This document shows positions 1 through 10,923 of a stretch of DNA of 64,000 nt, piece after piece. The stretch's first letter is position 1. Each line of letters starts with the position of its first letter. The notes below the pieces were generated by a model. It was not told the origin of the DNA. It ran no database searches and was given only the letters and a program-made list of their open reading frames with translations. The translations under genes and the position numbers were made by a program. This stretch comes from Balanoglossus misakiensis. Taxonomy: Eukaryota; Animalia; Hemichordata. The DNA lies in contig CM082597.2 of the NCBI GenBank assembly GCA_040954595.2, positions 2,058,422 through 2,122,421 of the forward strand, written 5' to 3'.

Positions 1-746
1 GAAATGAAACTACCAACAGCATGAGGCCGCAAGGGTAAAAATTATCTGATCTGTTTATGCAACTTGATAACACTGGCTGGGCGACCCCCACTTTCTGAAG
101 TTTCAGTCCTCGGAAGATAAAATTAGAATTTGGAGGAAATAGCTGCAAGTCAGCATTATGTCAACACATTACCATACCAGGCGTTCTCAGTCACATAAGC
201 AAGCATTTTCTAGTCACAGATACTTCACACTATAGCGTCACATGGATATATTTAGAGTCCTATATTTTGGACAAACACGTAGAAAAAACATGGAAGCCAT
301 GAACTGTCTGCATGCAAGAGGTGGTGAAGGTATAGACTGATTTATTATTGTAACTGGACAAGACGAGATCGACGAACCCATGCCCTCGTATCTCCAAAGA
401 TTCAGTCTGCTGGAAGTAATTTAGCATTGGAGGAAAGCCCTGTGACTTTGACCCCTTGTGCCATAAAACATTCACTATCTGCACACGTTCTTGTCTGATT
501 AGCTAACACAGGGCTAACGTTGGGTTAGACACGTGCTAGCTAATTCTCCATACTATCTATTGCAGCCGTTTGTGTGGCTTATTCTGGTGACTGACATTGT
601 TAATGCAGATTTGCATGGTACTATTATCACGAAGATGTGACAATGTGCTAGATATGTTGACCCCGGCTGACCTTGGGTAGCTCAGATATTCATATAGAGA
701 CTTACAAGTAGTTCTGACGTGTACTGAGTGACTGACATCCTCTTTA

Positions 747-831
747 CCCTTTCGCCACCATGGTTTGACCCAAATCCATTGTTTCTATGGCAAATTTTGA
801 ACTCTACAGAGAGAACTGGGGGGTGGAAGGG
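747..831. mobile_element. 85-bp piggyBac-type MITE copy
   Basis: Termini CCCTTTC...GAAGGG. Same length and internal sequence as the copies at 27194 and 34091. The TTAA flanks are degenerate. Confidence 0.75.
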
Positions 832-1123
832 TTATAATTGTTTTGAAGACTGGATCTCCTTGCAAGGTTATCGTCAAAACAGGGCTTGTTATTGTTTGCA
901 GAACTTAAAAGTTATGTAAAGAAATCAAAGGGAGACCTCGCAGCCCACTGACCAGGGGGACAGTTTCAGGGTCAAAGGTGAAGCATCCTTGAGAAAGGCA
1001 CTTCACTGATCATTCTCCTTCCACCGAAAAATAACGGGCAATACAGGGCATCTGAGTTGTTTTGGTAATTTGCACATGTTTCTGCAGTCACCCTAAAAAT
1101 GGAAGTTGACCTAAAAAACTCAC

Positions 1124-1994
1124 CACGGGTAATTCTGGAATTTCCGGAGCTGGTTCCGCGGTATTGTCGAAGTACCAGTAATCCTGCTCCCCTATATTAT
1201 GCAGAAGCTGGTTCAAAAACTCGTCGAACAGCTCATCTGGTGACTCTGTGCCAAGTACTGGGGGTGCTAGAAAAAATAACCCAGGTATAATTATCATATT
1301 TAATGTCATTGACGAGTAATTAATATATCATCAGTATGACAGAACCAACTCAATTCATGGACGGTCACACACATATCTTTTATTTTCAATTCTCACCTGG
1401 AAAATTCTGTTGTTTGTGGTAGTCCTTGGGAAGACTCTGACAACTCGACAACCAACATGCTAAGAGTATTACACTCTGGGCTGCAGAAATAGAATGATAC
1501 AAATAAGCATTATAATGCAGAAATTGACTTGATTTGATCACCTAGAATTCTTATATGCATTGATTTCAATTTCACTTCTGTTTATGCAAATCCCCATGGA
1601 TACCAGTGTCTATTCCGTTGCCTGGACAAGTATAAACTTAATGCTGCAACTAAGCAAGTAATTGACAACGTCCAGTACATATGTCTATTTCCGGTTGCCA
1701 TGTCCTGTTTCGCGTGTCTCTGATCGCGATCGTGTCATCTTCATTACAATATCAAATCAGTGACGGACTTATGTAACTAAACAGTTACATCATTATGTTG
1801 CACTTGACTGAACTGTGGAGTACGTCTATGTTGCAGATTCATTTGGTAAAGGGATCGACATTTACAAGCTTTTATAGAAACCGGAACATATACGTCCATG
1901 TTTGGGATCTCATAATGCAATACACAAACCATGTACATTACAAATTTGATTACTAATGCTTACCTATTAATCTCCGTGCTATCGAGCACAACAT
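1124..1994 (-). CDS. Small secreted protein or prohormone-like precursor, 5' coding exons (3' end unresolved, may run off the window)
   Basis: Exons 1994-1964, 1480-1397 and 1266-1124 have GT-AG ends and consistent phases (1,1,0). They give MLCSIARRLIAQSVILLACWLSSCQS-LPKDYHKQQNFPAPPVLGTESPDELFDEFLNQLLHNIGEQDYWYFDNTAEPAPEIPELPV, a signal-peptide-like N-terminus followed by an acidic segment. GTAAGT donors at ~2433 and ~2246 and an acceptor at ~2149 suggest 5'UTR exons. Confidence 0.6.
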
Positions 1995-3833
1995 GGCGAA
2001 TTATTTATGTATCGCTTGCACAGATCAACGCTTTTCTTTCGGGCGTAGGCGAAGTATGGTCCTATAATATTGGCGCAGCCTTCAAATACTGGAGTTCTCG
2101 AAGGACAGGCAGCTAGACTGTAGACACGACCCGGTTATAGTAAATCGTCTGAAAAGTGGGCGGATCTGACAGGCAACGTCACCACCACGTGCAGCGATCC
2201 TGCGACGCAAAATATAACCACACGCCCTTCAATACGACCCACTTACCAGAAAAATAACTAAACAAAGAACCGAATTGCGAAAAAATGAGCGATTTTCAGC
2301 GCAAAATTCACCCCAGAGCGGAGTACTTGTATCTTGGATAATAATATTAATTCAGCCGACCAGGGGCCCGTCAATTTCATCCGATTCGAGTTGGAAATTA
2401 CCATTGAGGGCCACAACAGTTCAAAGTACTTACTTTACAATAATTCCTCGAAAACAGACAGCTTGCTGGATATTTTATCGCCTAAACGCGGTCTTCCGTT
2501 CGTTGCGAAGGTTAATATTTTGTTTATACGCGACAATTCGTCGATGAGTGTGTCCGATTTCAGGCGCGCCGGTGTGTATGTTTCTCATGACATGACCGTG
2601 ATATTATTAGCAATTTAAATTAGGTGAATTCCACTCATCCTAGGGGGTGTTCTACGCTGTGTAATGAACATCTTTCCCCAAAAAAACCACTCAGGAGGGG
2701 AAGATTTTGCTATATTTATCTTAAACCAGTAGTTGTATATGATTTATATAACATATAAATAAAGTACATCTAGACAGAACACGACAATGCTTGCCCCATT
2801 TGCAATCTCCTCATATTTGTCCACCCCATGACTGTAAATGGCTGCTAACCTCTCCCGCCGAACGTATGCTGAATGCGGAAGTACTTTTCCACTGAGCTCT
2901 GCATGCATTGTTTACAAACAAAGCGAGCGGGTATCTTAGTGAAGGCCCATAAATGTATTCATTGAAAGTTTTCGCGGGAAGAGTGTATTGTAGAAGAGCA
3001 CTCAAGCGCCCCTACCCCCGGGGAGGGGGGGGGGGCTCTGTGTGTCCACTGTTTCAGGTATCGCCTGTTGGTGATAGTTTGGCGAAATCACAGTCATTCA
3101 TCACAGTGTTTATCATACCAAAGATTCCTTTGTTTTAGGCAACGCACCATTTACATATAACTGGTAAATTTATTGTGGAAAGGTCTAGCACACATAATTG
3201 TATCACTTAATTATAATTGCCACGCATGCATCACATTGCATGTGAATAATTAAAATTAACACAGTCGCATACACACATGTGAATTCCTCACAACGTCGCC
3301 CCGGCCCTCTTCCATTTTGAAGTTTTTTTTCCACACAACCAAACATACTCTTTCCCTGTATTTAAACACACCTTTTTTATCATACTTTAAACACACCTTT
3401 TGTATCATACTTGGACTAAATCTTGGACTAAATCTGCGTCAGCAATGCGGTTCTTTGCTCTTACAGGCCGTTGTACATGTGCTGGCTGTGTCATGAATCC
3501 TTGGTTACCCAGACTCCCCCGCGGTAAACGAGAGTACCTAAAACCCCTGTTTCAACCGTTGGCTGCGCTGTGGTACAAGAAATGGGACAGGGACAAAATG
3601 ACGTATGACGCACGTGACTGCACGTGCATATATGAGCACAGTATCACATGAGACGAATTATTTATGCAAATATTCCCTGCCACCATGTGCTGTCTCACTG
3701 CTCCTTGTCCCGACTCTTCCACGTGCACCTTCATTTTACTTCCTTGTTTTGACAGCAGGGTTATTTTTATTTCGGTGTGACAAATTTGGTCTACATATGC
3801 TAATTTGAATAAAATCAAAATGGCCGCTATTTA

Positions 3834-5515
3834 TTACTCCATTTTTAGCCGGTCACACGCCATTTTTGCCAACTCGCCTCGCTTGGTCTTTCCACTGTTA
3901 GTTTTGGGGAAACTGTCAAAGAACAGAATATATTTTGGAAGGATAAAAACATCCACTTTCTCTTTTAAAAGCGCCATCAACTCCTCGCGTGTACATTCTT
4001 CATTTGGTCGAAGAATGACACACAGGCAAATCTCGTTGATCATTTTCTCATCTGGTACAGGCACGGCGTGACAGAATTGCACCTTAGAATGACCAATAAG
4101 ATGTCTCTCTAGTTCAACAGGATATATTTTCCTCGTGTTCTTCATAATACAGTCATCCTTCCTCCCCAACACGCGAAGTCTTCCATCCTCAAGCATGATT
4201 CCTACGTCTCCAGTGATATACCACCCCGATTCTGTTTTCGCGGCCCTTGTCTTCTCGTCGTCTCCCATGTAATGCGAGAAGACATTTGCACCACGAATGC
4301 AGATTTCCCCTTCGGTATTGATAGGCACAATTCGGAATTCTTCGTCGACTATTTTGATCTCCGAATGTGGAACTGGTCGGCCAACTGTTGTCCATTTTTC
4401 GTCGATGGGGTCACTTGCCAGATGATACGTAACAAGTTGGGCTTCTGTAATGCCATAGATATATTGTATGTTCGGGGCCATTACATGCCTCAACTTTTTA
4501 GGGTACCTTCTGGTAAAAGGTTTCCGCCAATAATCGCTGATTTCATGGAAGAAAAATCACGTTTTTGCTCCATGTTGGCTATATGAAAAGCATGCGATGG
4601 GTAAAGAATTAGAGATGTGCATCTCTCTGCCTCCAGCAAACTCATCACTGTAGTGACGTCAGCCGATTCCGTCATGACGAGCCTGTCACCACCAACAACC
4701 ATTGCTGCTACCATGGTATCGAATGAAACAAAAAAGCAAGGTACACAAGCGAGGTGACTGGCAGGCTCCCCTCCTTGTAGCTGAGCCAGCATTGTGTACT
4801 GGAAGATGAACGATTCCACCAGTCCGTGGTGAGAATGGACAACAGCCTTTGAATCCCCCGTGCTGCCAGAGGTGAATACAATCACAGCATAGTCGTCAGG
4901 CTGGACTTCCATTTGTACGGTCTCCAGATTGGAATCTGCCGAAGGGACGAGTATGAGGTCACGAAACGCGAGCCATGCACCCGTCTTCTCCGTTGAGTCA
5001 ACGTTGATTAAACAACGGACACTTGGAAGAAGCTTGGGAGTATAAAGGCCAGACGCTTCATCCACTCCAGGAACTAACTCAGCGATGTTAGGAAGACAAT
5101 TGTTGTCCACTACCAATACAGAACAGCTGGTTTTATTGATCTGTTTTGCGAGGTCCTCTGATTTTAGGGATGTATCAAGTCGAACACAGACCAGTCCAGC
5201 TTTGACAGCTCCCAAGTAACCCACTACATATTCGTATCGCCTTCCAACTAGCAGTCCTAACCTTTCACCTCTTCGCAGACCGAGCTCCATCAAACCAGAA
5301 GCCAGCCCATCAACCTGACGTCTCAACTCTTTGAAAGTTATTCGCTTGACGGAACCATTCTTTCGGTAGCCAGTGATTGCTTCTCTGTCCGGATAACAAT
5401 CGCTAGTTAAATCAAACAGTTGACCGAGGGTCTTTCCACAGAATCGTCGCTGACCTGGCGTATGGCAGTAGCTTCTCGTCAACTTCGTTGTCGTCGCAAT
5501 AATTTGTGAAGCCAT
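3834..5515 (-). pseudogene. Intronless ACSF2-like acyl-CoA synthetase (ANL adenylate-forming family), split by a 1-nt indel at ~4495-4499; either a true pseudogene or a sequencing error
   Basis: ORFs 5515-4490 (341 aa) and 4493-3834 (219 aa) together make ~560 aa. Motifs: VFTSGSTGDSKAV (P-loop), YGITE, GWYITGD, GRKDDCI and PKTNSGK (catalytic Lys). The N-terminus SYCHTPG..GKTLGQ..YPDREAI resembles ACSF2. One extra A in CTA AAA AG TTG would restore LKKLRHVM. Confidence 0.8.
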
Positions 5516-6396
5516 TTTGAAAGTTGAAGTTGCCTATTTAATTACCTGTTTGGGTTAATTATGAATTGGACAAAATGAGAAAAACATAATGCATTTAAGT
5601 GGCCCGAGTTTGCGCAAGTTAATAATAAAAGAAACCAGTTCAACTTTAGACCTAGGGTCAATACACTGTAGTACAAGAATGAGGTGAAAAGGTTACTGTT
5701 GGGATCGGACTTGATCACCCACGTCGGAGCACTAACTCAGCTCTGATGTCTCCCCTATCTAACCCACAATAAGAATATTGGAAGAGTAAGCAATTTCCCC
5801 CAAATAGGATACAACACCCAGATGGCTTTTTGGGAATGAAATCATGCATGTCAACATTGTTCTACTCACCTCAGAGTTTTACCACTGCGTGATTTACAGT
5901 ATACGATACAATCGACTGCGCACGCATGCATTGGCTTTTGACACCGACCTGACCTGCCTATCACCATACCTGATTTATATGATCACTCCCAACCAATGGT
6001 AAACTCTATATCTACACAGATGTACACATTAGGTCGTTAATTAGCCGACAAGAAGTACTTCGTGATTGGTCAGAATTAGAAAATGTTATATCGGCACCTG
6101 GCAAGAGGTATAATAGCATCCTCGCAAATGTTCCAACAGACATTTCGGGGCGAATATTTGCGACAAAACGACACAACAACTCTGCTCGTTTATTATAGGT
6201 TTCTGATATACTGGTTTATTGACTCAACTCTTCTAAATAATATGGCGGAAGTGACGAAACACTAAAATCTGTCACCAATCCATTATAGTATCTGACCCCT
6301 ACAAAACAGTTATTAAGATAGCCGGAAGAAATCTTTGTGATTTTCTTCTGTTGTTATATGTCAATCATAGTAGGAGCTTCCCGTCTTCTCTATAAT

Positions 6397-9080
6397 TCAA
6401 CAGGTGCTGCGATGAGAAAGAAAACCATACTTTGAGATATAGTGAACCTAGACCTGGTCGTGAACAGTGCTCATAAAAAATCTGAGTTTTGAAGTATTCA
6501 TTTCTATACAACATGCTGGGTGGTACAGTTGATAACGTATTCGCACATACCTTCCTGGTGACTGCCAGCTATCAGCAAACTCGTCGATGTAACTGGTGAA
6601 CTCTCCGTTTGGCATCCGGAAGTCGTTGTGTGGATCCCCGTCGGCGTTTCCTAGGAGACCGCAGACCCTTCCTCGTTGGCTGTCGTTCAGTTGAGCCTTA
6701 ATGTGAGTCACACCGTCCCACATGAGTGAAAACACGTCACCAACTTCCACGGTCGTCTGCTCAACACCCAACTTGTCAATCACCACCCCTTCCAGAGGAT
6801 TGTAGGGAAATGCCGTCAACTCTTTTCCATTTATCTACGATTAGAAAACAAATTTCCTCAAATATGAAAATCAAAATGGCCGCCATCTCTGTGTTATCTC
6901 TATGGAGAAAATATAAAGTTGTCACTATTATGAAAACAAGACGGTGAACACACAGTTTCTTCTTTATTGTCAACAACACTCCACACACTTTGATAAAGCA
7001 AAGAACTGACAAAAGGTTCCGTGCAACACAGTTTGTCTGAAAAATCTGTCAGCACGTTGATTAAACAAATATATGAATGTTCACTGAATTATGGTCCTTA
7101 CCAAAACCAAACCTGCCTGTCGCAGGTCGATGACAGTCTGGTCGTTTCGTCCAATATTCAGGCGTACTGTAGCGGCATTGACTCTGGAAACCGCCCTTCC
7201 TTTCTCGATTCCAGGTTCTGTGCTGGATTCAACACTGAAAGTGGCGAGGGCCCCGTCACATCCATCGGTGAAGAGAGTGTACGAACAAACGCCCTGGTAG
7301 CTAAAATGGCGTCCATCGAAAGACGTGAAGTGTGGATCGCCCTTTTCATCGCCATCTGTGCTCGATGACGATTTTGAAGTTGTATTGAAGAAAGCAGTTT
7401 TACAAATGTAACAGTTCGTGCAGATACAGAAAATCTGTACTTTCATTAATACCTTATATTGGCACGGTGCATTTGGGAAGGCATGGTATACTGAATTGAT
7501 ATTAATATAGAGAATACACTTCGCGTTCATATTGCAGTTAAATGAAGGCGGTTTTATGAATGAAAGGGTAACCCAGCCACCTTCGAAAAAGTGTGTTTAC
7601 TTACCGTCATCACTCTCCGCTAGAAAAGATAGAAAATAATGTATAAAAGAGACTTGATGTGGTTTTGAGATACAGGCAATTTATAACTCCACCTACAGTT
7701 ATTCTGCACATGAGTGTTGATTGTAGAGTGCACCCTTTTGTTACAGTTAATTCTTTAACGATTTGCATGTTGCAAATGATTAAGGTAATATACGGGAATG
7801 TGGCGACTGGTCGAGATCTCGGCGATGGCAAGCGAAACGGAAAACACACAACACACCTTAAGTTGGTACTTGTCTGAAAACATATCAGGAGTGGCTTATA
7901 CAAAAAATGTTGACTGAAATATGCATAAGTTTAGCGGTCGTGATGTAATGGAGAGACACTTACGTATTTCGTACTTGTGATCATCCGCTTCCTTACAGAG
8001 TTCACTTCCGCCGGAACCCATAACTAGAATACACAATAAGAATAGATACTTTACAAGCTAATTCCTACATCTCATTTTCCATTCATATGTCACCATCTGT
8101 ATTTATCACATTCTAGACAGCACAGTTCAACTAGTTGCATCAAATTATGAGAACAGAGTTGACGGTTCACAAAATGTAATTCCGTGTTGTTTCCATTGAA
8201 TGCTTCCAAAAATAAAATCATTTGATCTGATCTAAATATGTGCGTAATATCATTGCTGCATCTACTTACCGCTGTATGTATCATACTTGTCTTCCTGGTA
8301 TAAAATTCAAAGAATAGAGTTAACCAATGTCTATCATAATTCCATTTCTGTGAAAGCATTCTAATCTATATGCTGGACCTTGAATTGACCAATGTTTCCT
8401 AACGCACGTGCTTCCGGCCTAGTCCGTTCCCCTGCCACATTTTCGCCACTGGTGGCGCTGCGAGAAAACACAGCGCAGCCAGCGGCGAAAATGTGGCAAG
8501 GGACCAGACTAACGCAGCATTTCTGGCCACACTTTCCTCACGGGTATTGCACACAAACTGAACTTACACAAGTTGTTTCGCTTTGAGTGACCTCGAAAAC
8601 CTCTTCTCGGAAACATTCTTCCTGACAGCATTCTTCGGCGAGACCTCTAGATGGCGCTCGCCTGCTGCGACCACCAATGAAATCCTTCGCCTTTGCCTCC
8701 TTCTGGATGAACACTGACATTGAAAAGCATACGACAAATATTATGGGATATACGCGCTAGAAAACATGCTGCCATTCAGAATGTTCGCACCAATTGTATG
8801 GTTATGGATTTAGTGTATTCTCGAAATGTTTTTGGTTTTATTTGTTATCACTTACCGCCACGTCTGTTGACCACTTTCTGTTCTTTTTGATCCTGAGAAA
8901 ATAAAATGTGTACAGTGGGCGGCTCAAGTGTACACACTTTTATTGAAACGACACAACTTATATAAATGTTGATGGTGAAATTCTCACCACACACACCACT
9001 TACGGCAAACGAAAAGGCAAACTTACATGTACACCAGCAGCAAAAACTGCACACAGGATGACGAGAAATGGCAACTTCAT
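6397..9080 (-). CDS. Secreted Gla-like domain + von Willebrand type D (VWD) domain protein, 294 aa, 9 coding exons
   Basis: Exons 9080-9027, 8892-8856, 8713-8568, 8294-8270, 8023-7964, 7619-7605, 7355-7102, 6834-6551 and 6406-6397 total 885 nt, all GT-AG and phase-consistent. Parts: signal peptide MKLPFLVILCAVFAAGVH; propeptide VFIQKEAKAKDFIGGRSRR; Gla-like APSRGLAEECCQEECFREEVFEVTQSETTC|EDKYDTYS; VWD GDPHFTSFDGRHFSYQGVC...VCGLLGNADGDPHNDF...FADSWQSPGSTC*. Confidence 0.85.
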
Positions 9081-10895
9081 CTTGATTTTTCTGAAGAAAG
9101 GTAGTAGGAGATGGTTAACATGAATTGAACAATTTTGGGAATACTACATGCAAAAATATCTCAACAAAGTACATGTTCTAGGCACCAGGCCTTACATACG
9201 CAACTCCACCTACAAGGGAAAATACGAACCGTGTACTCGGTGGGCTATCTGCAACTGGCACTGCTCTTCGAATATCTTGTATTTATTGCAGTGGGGGAGT
9301 TTTTTTTTTCTTCTCCATAACCTGTAGCAGGTGTGCGTGAAAGGCACCGAGCAGAAACTAATCGAATAGGATTATTCCCAAAACAAGACATGAGAGAAGG
9401 GTACTCCTCGCATTTCATTGGACACGTGCTGATAATTAGAATATAATTTCTGTTTTTCTTTTCTTCTTAACTGAGGCATCCATTGGGTTTATGACGTACG
9501 AGACACAGTATGGCCTGGTCACAACTATAATATTTATATGGAAAATCCGTTGACGTGAAACTATCACGGAATGTTTTATTGCCTTTATACCATAACACCC
9601 GCTTGTTTGATGTTCGTCGTGTCTTGCTCATATAAACACTTGTTGTAGAAAATCCTTCAAATAAAAATATCACAGAAGTTAGGCTAAACTAAATCACAAA
9701 GGGTAGTCTAAGCTAAATTCATAAAATGATTTCAGACCAAAATGTTGAATGTACCTGCACGCCACTTACATGCCCAAAATCTTAGATTTTTGGAATTTTC
9801 GGCACTTCTTGTTTTGCCTATACACTTTCTTGTTCTTAATTTATATTTGCACAACGCATGCTACATTTTATAGATGGTTATATTAATCGTCTGACGCAAT
9901 GATGAGTTATTAGGAAATTCTCACAAATGGCGTTGCTTTTATTAGCAGATCATAAAAAATCAACACCAAAGGACAAAAATATGTACTGTGTATACTGAAA
10001 TGATATTTGCATTCGACAGATCATGTATGTACAGGTAGGTGTGCATGCATGCATGCATGTAAACTGGGACTCACTTGACCTTGCCCATTCTATACCACAC
10101 AATCAGGCCAATGCAGTCAATGAGGTCCGCAAGTTCATGTCGGGGACCAGTCAACTGGCAAATGTCACGGTGTGCTAATTTTTCTCACCATGTTAGCAAT
10201 TCGACATACAGCTGCCCAATCCCATTAAAGATGATTATCCATGCACATCAAACAAGCGATAACATAACAGCAGTTCTAAAACCACAACCGGGAGCCACGA
10301 ATCCTCACAAACCTTTACGGCAAGTGATCTAGTTAACTTAAACAAGTATAACTAATACAGGCCTGGAAACATATGCAATCGAAAACGAACATCACAGCTC
10401 ACAGCAGTTGGCAATAAAGTTTTAACACATACCTCAGTAATCTTTGTGTGTTAAATGGTAGTAACGATTGAAGCTGGTCGTAGAGTTTGGGTAGCAATGC
10501 ATACTGCAATGTAGAATCCTCGCAGAACTTTAGTTACTTGAAAACTGGTACGGTGAATCTCTATACAAACACGTACATGTTCCAATGGCTCATTGGCTGA
10601 CAGGAGAGCAGTGTGTGCCTCGATGATTGGTCATGTTTTACACCAGGTGTTGTTGATGCATTGTAAGCTGGATAATGCACACACATCTGTGTGGGCACCC
10701 TTGAGATGTCGGTGCAAAGTTCAAACGTAAAATCTGTTCTCATGATGTGAAATGTTCATCACATCATCGTGACCTGGTAGTCACGATTACATAACTGGAA
10801 ACAAAATCAAAAATATACACTTATTCTGATATCACCTATAGACAACTCTGACAAAAACTCCATAATAACAGTGAATTAATATATATGAAATATTC

Positions 10896-10923
10896 TTTAT
10901 TACAATTTGAACATTACTTTATT
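10896..10923 (-). terminator. Tandem AATAAA polyadenylation signals, probably ending a ~2.4-kb AMPD 3'UTR
   Basis: TTTATT on the + strand at 10896-10901 and 10918-10923, downstream of the AMPD stop at 13325 across AT-rich sequence with no credible ORF. Confidence 0.4.

Noticed and set aside
2275-2618. Plus-strand ORFs of 90 and 94 aa, with a faint RPP14-like start near 2285
   Set aside because: They start at TTG, the ATG frame closes after 18 codons, and no similarity continues. The region is better explained as 5'UTR/promoter of the minus-strand gene.
3361-3435. Short direct repeats (25 nt x2 and 12 nt x2), considered as CRISPR-like
   Set aside because: They are simple tandem duplications without spacers, in eukaryotic DNA. 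Similar ones occur at ~35750 and ~39290.
4485-4505. Programmed -1 ribosomal frameshift
   Set aside because: There is no canonical slippery heptamer or evident downstream structure. A homopolymer indel is simpler.
8568-8657. Insulin/IGF/relaxin-like peptide (GLAEECCQEEC after RSRR)
   Set aside because: There is no upstream B-chain and no Cys at the CC-x3-C-x8-C position. The propeptide, Glu spacing and intron phases fit a Gla module better.
3834-9080. Vitamin K cluster idea: the ligase as a MenE-like enzyme beside a Gla protein, or as a luciferase
   Set aside because: The N-terminus looks ACSF2-like, no other men genes are present, and there are no luciferase-specific features. Adjacency alone is not evidence.
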